From a virus (lineage: Duplodnaviria; Caudoviricetes): a stretch of DNA of 45,441 nt. Location: the IMG/VR virus record IMGVR_UViG_3300008267_000272, positions 1-45,441 of that record; one strand, given 5' to 3'. The position numbers and the translations under genes were made by a program. Below the pieces are notes generated by a model. That model saw only the letters and a program-made list of their open reading frames with translations. It was not told where the DNA came from and made no database searches. Positions 37,602 to 45,432 of this stretch are shown here, one piece after another (position 1 is the first letter of the stretch; each line of letters starts with the position of its first letter).

Positions 37602-38587
37602 GCTAAATTCCTCATTTGTTCCGCAACCTTACGGGCATAAAGTTCCAAAGGAACTCCCAACCGCTTGGCGATATTTACTTGGGTTTGAGATAGAACGACC
37701 TTTTTAGGGGAAGAACTTCTTGTTGCCGGTGCCACATTTGATTTCTGGCGCTTAACTTCCTTCTCAGGTTCGTCAGCGGGTTCGTCAGACTCAAAGTAAT
37801 CTGGGAACACTTGTCGCATACGGGCATTTACACGCTCGTAGTATTCGTCTGAACTTAGATCGACTCCCTGTTTAGCCAACTTAGCGTGAACGCCAAGTGC
37901 AAAGCTAGTCATTTCATCGTCATCGCCAAACCATTCGTTATTTTGCCTCCATTTTTGTGCCTTTTGATCGACATAAACTGGTGGCGCAGTAACTTGTTGC
38001 GTTTTTACCTCATTTTCCTGCTCCTGTAAAGGGGGTTGCCTAAAGTTTTCAACTCTTTCGGCCTTAATCTTCACAGAAGTGAGGTTTTCTTGGGCATTTA
38101 CCAGTGCTTCGCTATCACCAGACTCGTAAGCCTCACGATATTGACGCTTGGCCTGCTCTAATTCAGTGGCTAAGACCTTCTTAGACTGCTCAATATAGGC
38201 AGATTGACCCTGACTGAGTGAACCTTTGAGACTTTTGTTCTCATCAGCCATCAATTGGGCAACCCTTATAGCCTCTTCTCGCTCTCTGTCGGCCTGTTCC
38301 GCCTTGCGATTGGCTTCGTGATACCCTTTTTGGAGGTGTTGTAAACGTTTCCGAACCTTTTCGCCGTAGCTATTAAGCTCATCTTCGTCTAAATCCTTCG
38401 GAGCATCGTCCATTTTCTTGTGACGTTTGGATTCAGTGGGTGTATCGTCTACAACCTCTATCTCAGTATCAGGAGTTTCCTCCATTTCAATCTTGAGCTG
38501 GGGATCTGTATCAATAACTCTGCCACCTTTGCGTGGATTTTCCTTTTCATCGGGAAATTCAAACTCGGTTTTCTCTATTTCAGCCAT
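37598..38587 (-). CDS. capsid scaffolding protein
   Basis: Acidic coiled coil, W...N.WFG, C-terminal LS.TQV.IAKRLGVPLELYA; lies between portal and MCP. Confidence 0.75.
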   Translation of the reverse strand: MAEIEKTEFEFPDEKENPRKGGRVIDTDPQLKIEMEETPDTEIEVVDDTPTESKRHKKMDDAPKDLDEDELNSYGEKVRKRLQHLQKGYHEANRKAEQADREREEAIRVAQLMADENKSLKGSLSQGQSAYIEQSKKVLATELEQAKRQYREAYESGDSEALVNAQENLTSVKIKAERVENFRQPPLQEQENEVKTQQVTAPPVYVDQKAQKWRQNNEWFGDDDEMTSFALGVHAKLAKQGVDLSSDEYYERVNARMRQVFPDYFESDEPADEPEKEVKRQKSNVAPATRSSSPKKVVLSQTQVNIAKRLGVPLELYARKVAEQMRNLA

Positions 38588-38597
38588 TTTCTACTCC

Positions 38598-39005
38598 TTA
38601 TACACGGGTTATGCCGCGAGGATCTTGCACAACGGCTTCTACAGAGTCATCATTAATGATTCGGAACTCCTTGCCATGAATTTTGATGCGTGTTCCCGTA
38701 TTAGGACGTACCAAAACAAAATCTCCCTGCTTGCACGATGGCCCAGAGGGGAATCGTTTCTCGTCTTTAAAAGCATCAGGCCCCATCTTTGCCACAAAAA
38801 GCACTGGTGACAGTAACTCTTCATATTGCATGGTCTGACTTGCTTTTGCCAGTCCACTATCGTATTCCTCTTCAGCTTCTGGAAGAACGCACAGAAGATG
38901 ATAGGTAACAGGATCGGGAACTTGTCGTGCTTTTTCTTCAGCACTCTCAGGTAACACAGATATGTCTTTCGTATCCAACGATTGACTAATCAAAATCTCA
39001 GCCAT
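38598..39005 (-). CDS. groES: GroES/Cpn10-like co-chaperonin
   Basis: P..Y.LL...SGL...V..MGPDA...CK.GD.V......G......G.EFRIINDD.V.AV. Confidence 0.8.
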   Translation of the reverse strand: MAEILISQSLDTKDISVLPESAEEKARQVPDPVTYHLLCVLPEAEEEYDSGLAKASQTMQYEELLSPVLFVAKMGPDAFKDEKRFPSGPSCKQGDFVLVRPNTGTRIKIHGKEFRIINDDSVEAVVQDPRGITRV

Positions 39006-39030
39006 AATTTTCCTTATCGCAAAAGGCTAC

Positions 39031-39068
39031 AAAAAAACACACCAGTACGCCTCTGAAATACTGGGTGT
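39031..39068 (-). terminator. hairpin with U-tract upstream of the groES-like gene (terminator/attenuator candidate)
   Basis: ACACCCAGUA-loop-UACUGGUGU followed by GUUUUUUU. Confidence 0.5.
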
Positions 39069-39077
39069 AGGGGGAAA

Positions 39078-39281
39078 TTAATCTTGATCTTCAGAATCCC
39101 TTAAATTCTTACCCAGCTCTTTGATTTCCATCTGGGCGATCCTTAAACCTCGGATAGTTCCACACAGTTCTTTGTACTCTGCGTAGTCCTTTGCGGCTCC
39201 ATCATTCACAACCATCTGGTGTTGACCGATATGGTCTTCCAACTTGGCACTAAGAATTTCAAATATTTTGTATTCCATCAT
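39078..39281 (-). CDS. small conserved protein downstream of the portal
   Basis: G.AKDYAEYKELCGTIRGL. Confidence 0.7.
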   Translation of the reverse strand: MMEYKIFEILSAKLEDHIGQHQMVVNDGAAKDYAEYKELCGTIRGLRIAQMEIKELGKNLRDSEDQD

Positions 39282-40441
39282 TCTTTACCCTCTGGTTTCT
39301 GCTGTGCTTGCATAGCTTGCATTGCCATTTGCTGTTGCGCTTGCTGGTTTTGCATGGCCGCCTTTTGTTGCTCTTGTGCTATCTGCTGTTGGTGGACTTG
39401 ATCTCGCTGGATCATCTCCTGTATATGACGCTCCACAGCAATTGATGGATCTTCTGTTGGCTTTGCCTTTAGATCTAACTCTGCTTCTTTGATAGCAAGT
39501 TCGACCTGCTTTGCCGCAATATCCGCTTGCACCTTTTGCTCCTTGATGCCAACTTCTTTTGCCTTGATCTGCAATTCTTGTTGTTGCATCTGGATGATTG
39601 GATCCTGCGCTTGTTGCTGGGCTTGTTGCTGTTGGGCTTTTGCCATGTTTTCTTTGAGCAACTGAGCAGATCCCTGTGCAACCATTCTGGATAGTTGAAC
39701 TTCGATATCCTCTGGCAACTCTGCATCTGGTGGAGGCAAAGGAACACCGACTTGCTCTTCTACTTTTTGTCTGTAGTTGAACGCTAAGTGTTCTGCAATA
39801 TGCGCCATGATTGCCGCTTGCATTTGCTGTGCCATTGGGTTTTGACCAATGGTTGCCGCCATTAAAGGATCTTGCATAAAAGACTGGTGCGCCGTAATGT
39901 GCGCTTCGTGGTCTTGATAGATAAACGCCTTTGTTGGCTCTCCTTTTAAGAAAGCCATGTTCTCGCTTATAGGATCTCTTGGTTGCTGATCTCCCTTAAC
40001 AGGAACTAACTTATCAGCGTTTTTAATTCCTAGAACTTCAATCATCTGCCTATGTAGATTAGGCAAGTCATAGATTTGAGGCGCAGTCTGAGACAACTGA
40101 ATAACAGCCTGATACTGCATGATCCTCTGCGCCATAGTAGAGGAATTAGGATCTGACACGGGGATAACGTCCACCATGTCATAGTCTTCTTTTTTGGCTT
40201 TTCTGCTACCGCTCTCAGGATCGTATTCATACTCATCAGGCGTGTAGTCACGAATGATGTTTTTTAAGATCTTGAACTCTTGCTTCATTGAATAATGAAC
40301 ACGGGCTTGCACCGCACTCATTGTTTTCAACTGTCGCTCTAATAAAGCCAGCGTAGTTCCCACAGGAGAGTTAGCACTCATATCGCTGGCTTGGAACGTC
40401 AACATCTCTAAACTCTCCGGGGGCGATAGGCGTATCGTCAC
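39278..40441 (-). CDS. portal protein, C-terminal part (portal-like sequence begins at ~40387, SDMSANSPVGTT)
   Basis: PVGTTLALLE..MSAVQARVH, VDVIPVSDPN, QDHEAHI; Q-rich tail. Confidence 0.8.
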   Translation of the reverse strand: MTIRLSPPESLEMLTFQASDMSANSPVGTTLALLERQLKTMSAVQARVHYSMKQEFKILKNIIRDYTPDEYEYDPESGSRKAKKEDYDMVDVIPVSDPNSSTMAQRIMQYQAVIQLSQTAPQIYDLPNLHRQMIEVLGIKNADKLVPVKGDQQPRDPISENMAFLKGEPTKAFIYQDHEAHITAHQSFMQDPLMAATIGQNPMAQQMQAAIMAHIAEHLAFNYRQKVEEQVGVPLPPPDAELPEDIEVQLSRMVAQGSAQLLKENMAKAQQQQAQQQAQDPIIQMQQQELQIKAKEVGIKEQKVQADIAAKQVELAIKEAELDLKAKPTEDPSIAVERHIQEMIQRDQVHQQQIAQEQQKAAMQNQQAQQQMAMQAMQAQQKPEGKE

Positions 40442-41630
40442 CCTTAACTCTTAATCCTCTAGACTTCAATCCACCCGGCAAATTGGAAAGAGTTCCAGCA
40501 TCAATCAACTGACGTATCAGTGATGTACCAGCCCTAGCGTATCCGCCGATTAAATGTATATATCCAAATCCATAAGCACCAAAGCCCGGCACATAATCAT
40601 ACTGAACCATATGCTGGCGCTTTAATCTTAGATCGTCTTCCTCATCCCAGTTACGATAAACAGCTAGAACTTTTCCAGTGCCGGCATCTATGCTTACTAT
40701 ATAAGGTACAGCTATCTCATCCTCGTCTTCATAGCCGGGAATATCCAGATCAATCTGCACTTCATAGACCTGATATCTATCATCATCAGTTAAAGAGTAA
40801 CCCTGTTCTTCGGCCTTCTTTTTTTCTACGTCAGTATGAATAGCAACTGGTTCTCCAAGATCTACATCTCTGTAAAAGCCAGCGGCTTGTAGTTTACGGA
40901 TATCGTTCTTGGTCTTACGCATTACATGGGTAACACGCTCCGCCGTTCTAGCTCCACTAGATCCATAGGGGATGATCACATCCTCTGCTGGTATGTATAT
41001 AGAGGTCTGACGATTTAGCGATGGATCAAAGTAGACTTTCTTAAAAGCACTACCAGATAAGCCGAGGTTAAATAACATCCGCTCATGCTCTGGACGATAC
41101 TCAGGCATAGCCTCAGTTAACTGATAGTTCATATCAGTTCTAACCCGCTCGGCGGCATCTTCTTTTAATTTATTAATAGCTCCAATGATCTCAGTCTTCA
41201 CGGGGCCGTGAGAGGGGAAAGTCTCAATAATTGTTTCCGACTGAAACCTAACAGCGGCCTCTGTCAATATAGTTGAGAAAACACCACAGGCTCCGTTCCA
41301 AGGTTCTGTTCTCTCTTCATACTTCATGCCAAGGACTTCTAGTCCCTTGACTAACATCTCCACCCAGTCTTTACGCGAATTGATATCCGCCTCAACTAAC
41401 TCTACAACTTCGGATCCTAGTTTCTCTAATTCCCCTTCGTCCATAAACTCAGCCAAGTTTGAATCAAACTCTTCACCATCTTTAGATTCTGTCTCAGGCT
41501 CTATCTCAATCTCCAGCCCGCCCATTCCTATATGAACACTGTCTGGGTTTTCAATTTCAATCTCCAGATCAGGCTCAGTTAAAGATTCCAATCCTTGTGG
41601 TGCTTCGTACAAACTTTTAGCGATTGCCAT
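40371..41630 (-). CDS. portal protein, N-terminal part (frame lost after ...FRDVDVPS)
   Basis: FDSNLAE, PW.GACGV..L.EAAVRFQ, GSAFKKVYFD, GFG.YGFG..HLIGG, RQLIDAGTLSNLPGG. Confidence 0.85.
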   Translation of the reverse strand: MAIAKSLYEAPQGLESLTEPDLEIEIENPDSVHIGMGGLEIEIEPETESKDGEEFDSNLAEFMDEGELEKLGSEVVELVEADINSRKDWVEMLVKGLEVLGMKYEERTEPWNGACGVFSTILTEAAVRFQSETIIETFPSHGPVKTEIIGAINKLKEDAAERVRTDMNYQLTEAMPEYRPEHERMLFNLGLSGSAFKKVYFDPSLNRQTSIYIPAEDVIIPYGSSGARTAERVTHVMRKTKNDIRKLQAAGFYRDVDLGEPVAIHTDVEKKKAEEQGYSLTDDDRYQVYEVQIDLDIPGYEDEDEIAVPYIVSIDAGTGKVLAVYRNWDEEDDLRLKRQHMVQYDYVPGFGAYGFGYIHLIGGYARAGTSLIRQLIDAGTLSNLPGGLKSRGLRVKGDDTPIAPGEFRDVDVPSQRYEC

Positions 41631-41638
41631 ATGTATCC

Positions 41639-43129
41639 TTAATAATAAACTTGCTTACGTCTAAAGCTCTTTAGCTCTTCTCGCTCGTCACTTTCCAGAC
41701 GCAAAAACCCGCCCTGTCTGAATCTTATCAGCGCTTGGGTGCTTGAGTCCACCAAATCGTCATTCGGCGCATTAGGAAACGCCGCCATCTCTTCCACTAA
41801 TTCAGCCGCCCATCTAGTCTCTGGACACCATACTTTGCCAGATCTAAATAAATCAGATACAGAATTAATCCTCACAAACTTATCATTACCTCGGCTCGGA
41901 GTGTACTCAGAGACAACAATCCCCATCTGCCTCAACTCAAAGATCAAAGGAGATCCAGCCGCTTTAGCTTCAATTACAAAAGCATCAGGCTCCCACTCCA
42001 TATAGTTCTTATACGCTTTTTCCTTCAACTCAGGAAACTCCATCCTCTTCTTAAACGCATCCAACAAAATAATGTTTGCATCATTCTCGTTTTCGTTTAA
42101 ATAGAAAACCCCCCAAGTAGTACAGGCCGAGTAGTCACTTCTCTCATTCTTTGTAAAAGCGGTATCCCAACTCTGAATAATAAATTTACAAGAAGGCGGA
42201 TCCTCTTTCTCCCAGACCTTCCACCACTCCCTCTTAACAATAGCACCCTCTTCACCCGTAGGACTTTGCTGATACTGAGCATTCCACTTAGACGGAGGAA
42301 GTTCTTCCCTCAAAGCCTCCAACTGATCCAGCGGCCAAAACTCAGGCCATAAAGGTTTTCCACTCGGCATGATCGCAGGAAGTTCAATGATCTCCCACTC
42401 CTCACCCTTGTCCCTACCCAACGCATCTTTTATAACCCGACCCGTAAGATCCCTATCCCCCCAACGAGTCATCACAATAACAATAGATCCCCCCGGCTGA
42501 AGTCGCTGTCTTGGCCCCGATGTATACCACTCATATACCTTATCGTAAACAGACGGATCACTAGCCGCCAATGCCGCCTCTTGCTCTGAATGCGGATCGT
42601 CAATAATCAATAGATCAGCACCCTTTCCGGTAACAGTACCTCCTACACCAATAGCAAAATATTCTCCCCCTCCAGAGGTAGCCCACCTGCCAGCGGCCTT
42701 ACTATCCTGTCTGAGATTAACATTAGGAAATACTTTACTGTACTGTTCACTGCCAACCAAGTTCCTCACCTTACGTCCAAAGCCAACCGCGAGATCTGCC
42801 GTGTTAGAACACTGAATTACTTTCTTCTGTGGATACTTCCCCAAGAACCAGCTCGGTAATAGATAAGAAGCAAACTCCGACTTCGTGTGACGTGGCGGCA
42901 TATTAATAATTACCCGCTTAGTCTTCCCCTCCGCAATATCCTCAAACTTCTTAGCCATCAATGCATGGTGTCTCCCAGATATAAAACCCGGCCACATCTC
43001 CTTCACATAATCCAAAAACTTAACTTGAGCTTTCTCCCGCTTCACCGCGCCAGCGTACTCATTCACCTTCTCCAAAAAAGACTCATACTCCGCAGGATCA
43101 AGTTTCTCTATCAGTTCTTCTAACTTCAT
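41639..43129 (-). CDS. terL: terminase large subunit
   Basis: Walker A variant NMPPRHTKS, Walker B LLIIDDP, MTRW coupling motif, nuclease SWDTA...IEAKAAG...NDDLVDS. Confidence 0.95.
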   Translation of the reverse strand: MKLEELIEKLDPAEYESFLEKVNEYAGAVKREKAQVKFLDYVKEMWPGFISGRHHALMAKKFEDIAEGKTKRVIINMPPRHTKSEFASYLLPSWFLGKYPQKKVIQCSNTADLAVGFGRKVRNLVGSEQYSKVFPNVNLRQDSKAAGRWATSGGGEYFAIGVGGTVTGKGADLLIIDDPHSEQEAALAASDPSVYDKVYEWYTSGPRQRLQPGGSIVIVMTRWGDRDLTGRVIKDALGRDKGEEWEIIELPAIMPSGKPLWPEFWPLDQLEALREELPPSKWNAQYQQSPTGEEGAIVKREWWKVWEKEDPPSCKFIIQSWDTAFTKNERSDYSACTTWGVFYLNENENDANIILLDAFKKRMEFPELKEKAYKNYMEWEPDAFVIEAKAAGSPLIFELRQMGIVVSEYTPSRGNDKFVRINSVSDLFRSGKVWCPETRWAAELVEEMAAFPNAPNDDLVDSSTQALIRFRQGGFLRLESDEREELKSFRRKQVYY

Positions 43130-43133
43130 AGTC

Positions 43134-43475
43134 TTACTCTATATTCCTAAAATTAACATACACAGGCCGAATACTCCTCTTACCCTCTATCCTCTTCACC
43201 ACCCCTAGATCACACAACCTGTCCACAATCTTCTTCGTATTCGCTACGCTACTCTTACTCCTCTGATTACCAATATCCCTAAGAGTAGGACTAAACCCAT
43301 ACTTCTTCCACCACTCATCAATGATTAAAAATACCTCATTCTGTACTGGACTCATTTCCACTCCCATACATTCTTCAAAACTTAACTCCTTCATCTTAGG
43401 AGCCATGCCTCTATTTAATACTATTTTCTTCGACCAATGGAAACGTTTCCATTGCCCTCCCTCTAAAGTTTTCAA
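43134..43475 (-). CDS. LexA-type winged-HTH DNA-binding protein lacking the peptidase domain
   Basis: SPVQNEVF..I......GFSPTLRDIG...SS......V.RL...G...R..G.RSIR. True start may be ATG 43406. Confidence 0.75.
   Translation of the reverse strand: MKTLEGGQWKRFHWSKKIVLNRGMAPKMKELSFEECMGVEMSPVQNEVFLIIDEWWKKYGFSPTLRDIGNQRSKSSVANTKKIVDRLCDLGVVKRIEGKRSIRPVYVNFRNIE
43435..43454. promoter_or_regulatory. 20-bp perfect palindrome CAATGGAAACGTTTCCATTG (operator-like)
   Basis: Seen directly. Longest copy of the TGGWAACGTTWCCA motif, just upstream of ATG 43406 of the HTH gene. Confidence 0.7.
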
Positions 43476-43502
43476 AATATATACCCCCCTACCCCTTTTG
43501 TA

Positions 43503-44219
43503 TTATTTTTCATAGGGGGTGGGTTCGCTGTGAGAGGGGGGTGGGTCTTCCATACTGGAAAAATCATCGGATTGTTCGAGTGGAATAGTATGTTTAGGAA
43601 GTTCGGGAGTCCCATTTTTATTCGGGTTGGTGGGGGTCGGGTGGGGTTCGCTGTGGATGGAATCACTAGCTAACTCTGCCAGTAGTTCATTAGGGTCTAT
43701 GGTTTCTATGTCGGTAGCATTGCCATTAAACATTAAACGAATCTGTTTCAATAGTTCAGCCTTTGCGTTGTCGCTTGATCTAATGATTGTCGTTTCTCTT
43801 CTTTCGGTGAAGGCTGATACTTCGGTGACAGTTCCTAAAACCTTTGCGCTTGCTACCTTCGTTGCCTGTTTCGCTTCGGGGTCTATCAACACGCTGACAA
43901 GGGATTGAATGACTAATGCTCTTAAAGCCTCAGGTGTTCTATGTTTCTGCGCCTCTAATGCAAGGGAGAGGGCTTTTGTCTCCGCACTTATTCGGGGATC
44001 TCTGGCAAGCCTTGAACCCGCATCACCCGCAGTCTTAGCCTTTGCCTTGCTAGAGTAAACCTTCCTATAACTTCCCGCCTTTGTATTGCCCTTTGCCAAC
44101 TCTAGGGCGAATGTCTTTTGTTTATGGGTTAACTCTCTGGAAACGGCTTTACCTAATATATCTGCCATTGGGACTTGTTCTAATCCTTCCCTTATTTGCT
44201 TACGGGTTAATTTGTGCAT
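43503..44219 (-). CDS. terminase small subunit-like protein
   Basis: LTHKQKTFA..LA.G.TKA.SYR.VY...A.RL..DPRI HTH-like region upstream of terL. ATG 44219 preferred because it lies downstream of the promoter. Confidence 0.65.
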   Translation of the reverse strand: MHKLTRKQIREGLEQVPMADILGKAVSRELTHKQKTFALELAKGNTKAGSYRKVYSSKAKAKTAGDAGSRLARDPRISAETKALSLALEAQKHRTPEALRALVIQSLVSVLIDPEAKQATKVASAKVLGTVTEVSAFTERRETTIIRSSDNAKAELLKQIRLMFNGNATDIETIDPNELLAELASDSIHSEPHPTPTNPNKNGTPELPKHTIPLEQSDDFSSMEDPPPSHSEPTPYEK

Positions 44220-44252
44220 GGACTGGTTCGCTTCGCTGTTAGACACGGGCGC

Positions 44253-44281
44253 ATTGTAGGGTAACAAATAGGCAAAATCAA
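44253..44281 (-). promoter_or_regulatory. sigma70-type promoter for the leftward (late) operon
   Basis: TTGATT (44281-44276), 17-nt spacer, TACAAT (44258-44253). Confidence 0.6.
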
Positions 44282-44346
44282 TCGGTTATGCAAAGCCCAT
44301 AAAAATAATTGTGGCAAATAATGCGTTTTTTAATACTTTCGCTTAC

Positions 44347-44375
44347 TTGACAGGGTCAACCGATATATCGATACT
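44347..44375 (+). promoter_or_regulatory. strong sigma70 promoter for rightward (early) genes
   Basis: TTGACA (44347-44352), 17-nt spacer, GATACT (44370-44375). Confidence 0.8.
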
Positions 44376-44441
44376 TGCGTTGTAGGTGCTACATGACAGC
44401 ACAATGTAGCAGTTACATAAACCCCTAACGAAAGGCACAAC

Positions 44442-44756
44442 ATGAAAACGCAGACGATATTAAACAACCTCACACTAGCACAAGCCGAGGCGTGGAATGA
44501 GACAAGCGAAAAATTCTTATTTGTCGATTATGAAATTGTCTCGCAGTATGGAATCAGTCTAAACGCTTTACCGAATAACAATCTGCTAGAGGCTATCGAA
44601 GGCAAGTTAGAGAAACTTCTAAACAACAAAGCAATTCCCCTGACTTATGACGAATGGGAAGGGTTCGCCCGTTCTATGCAATGGGCGGAAGATTTGCCCC
44701 AATGGGATAAAGATCACGACAAAACGCCAACGCCCGTGACTTGGGTAACTATTTAA
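44442..44756 (+). CDS. hypothetical early protein
   Basis: 104 aa, SD GAAAGG, first gene after the promoter. Confidence 0.7.
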   Translation: MKTQTILNNLTLAQAEAWNETSEKFLFVDYEIVSQYGISLNALPNNNLLEAIEGKLEKLLNNKAIPLTYDEWEGFARSMQWAEDLPQWDKDHDKTPTPVTWVTI

Positions 44757-44766
44757 TGTATCAATT

Positions 44767-44788
44767 TAAGCCCCCCTTTGGGGGTTTA
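44767..44788 (+). terminator. GC-rich hairpin between early genes (weak terminator or processing site)
   Basis: UAAGCCCCC-CUUU-GGGGGUUUA; no long U-tract. Confidence 0.4.
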
Positions 44789-44821
44789 GGTGGAAACATT
44801 ACCAACCACGAAAGGCACAGC

Positions 44822-45028
44822 ATGAAAACATATTGCAAGCGAATACTGGCAAAAGCGCAAAAGGAACTAGACACAGCCCGACCCTTGGGTTATGTCTTAA
44901 CCAATGCGGAATACAAGCGCAGACTGTATTTGATCAACCATGATAAAGACCTAGCCCGCTTCGCTTTAGGGTTAGAGATAACGACAGCCGAGCCACTCGA
45001 AACCCTACAAGCGGAACTCTTCGCATGA
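44822..45028 (+). CDS. hypothetical early protein (68 aa)
   Basis: ATG 44822 has the same GAAAGGCACA SD cassette as 44442; the track start at 44741 is rejected. Confidence 0.7.
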   Translation: MKTYCKRILAKAQKELDTARPLGYVLTNAEYKRRLYLINHDKDLARFALGLEITTAEPLETLQAELFA

Positions 45029-45429
45029 TTTACCTAATCGCTTGCAGTAGCAAAAAAGGCACGACACCCACGCAAGCCCGTGACTTGTATCAGGGTCAAG
45101 CCTTCAAGTTTTCCCGCCAACTGGCAGAAAAGACAGGCGCAGATTATTGGATTCTTTCGGCAGAGCATGGTCTAGTTCACCCCGAAGAAAAGATCATGCC
45201 CTACAACACCTATTTAGGTGGAATGACTAAGGCACAGCGCACCACTTGGGCAATTAAAACAGCTCAACAAATCAAACGGGCGGGACTGACTGACAGCCCC
45301 GTCACTTTCCTAGCGGGTGGACTCTATGCCGAGCCACTAGCGCAAATATTCAACCACGCAATGCGCCCACTTGCGGGAATGGGAATCTGGCAACAACTCA
45401 GCTATCTAAAAACACAACTTGAAAGGTAA
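45025..45429 (+). CDS. DUF6884-like protein
   Basis: LIACSSKK....ARDLY.G..F...A......WILSAEHGLV.P...I.PYN..L...FLAG..Y....PL.GMGI.QQL. Confidence 0.75.
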   Translation: MIYLIACSSKKGTTPTQARDLYQGQAFKFSRQLAEKTGADYWILSAEHGLVHPEEKIMPYNTYLGGMTKAQRTTWAIKTAQQIKRAGLTDSPVTFLAGGLYAEPLAQIFNHAMRPLAGMGIWQQLSYLKTQLER

Positions 45430-45432
45430 ACC

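Noticed and set aside
4757-38353. Two-mismatch versions of the dispersed palindrome (4757, 11628, 26535, 31353, 38340)
   Set aside because: Too degenerate to call individually without a PWM-based test; not counted.
40371-40441. Programmed ribosomal frameshift or intron explaining the split portal
   Set aside because: No slippery heptamer or inserted sequence; the sequence appears to be missing rather than added.
43472-43666. 64-aa Pro-rich ORF overlapping the terS-like 3' end
   Set aside because: A by-product of the G/C tracts; it overlaps a longer gene in another frame with no initiation signal.
1803-43908. Numerous + strand ORFs (60-170 aa) antisense to the late operon, and alternative-frame - strand ORFs
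   Set aside because: They lie wholly inside well-supported, tightly coupled - strand genes, lack SDs and read like antisense shadows.
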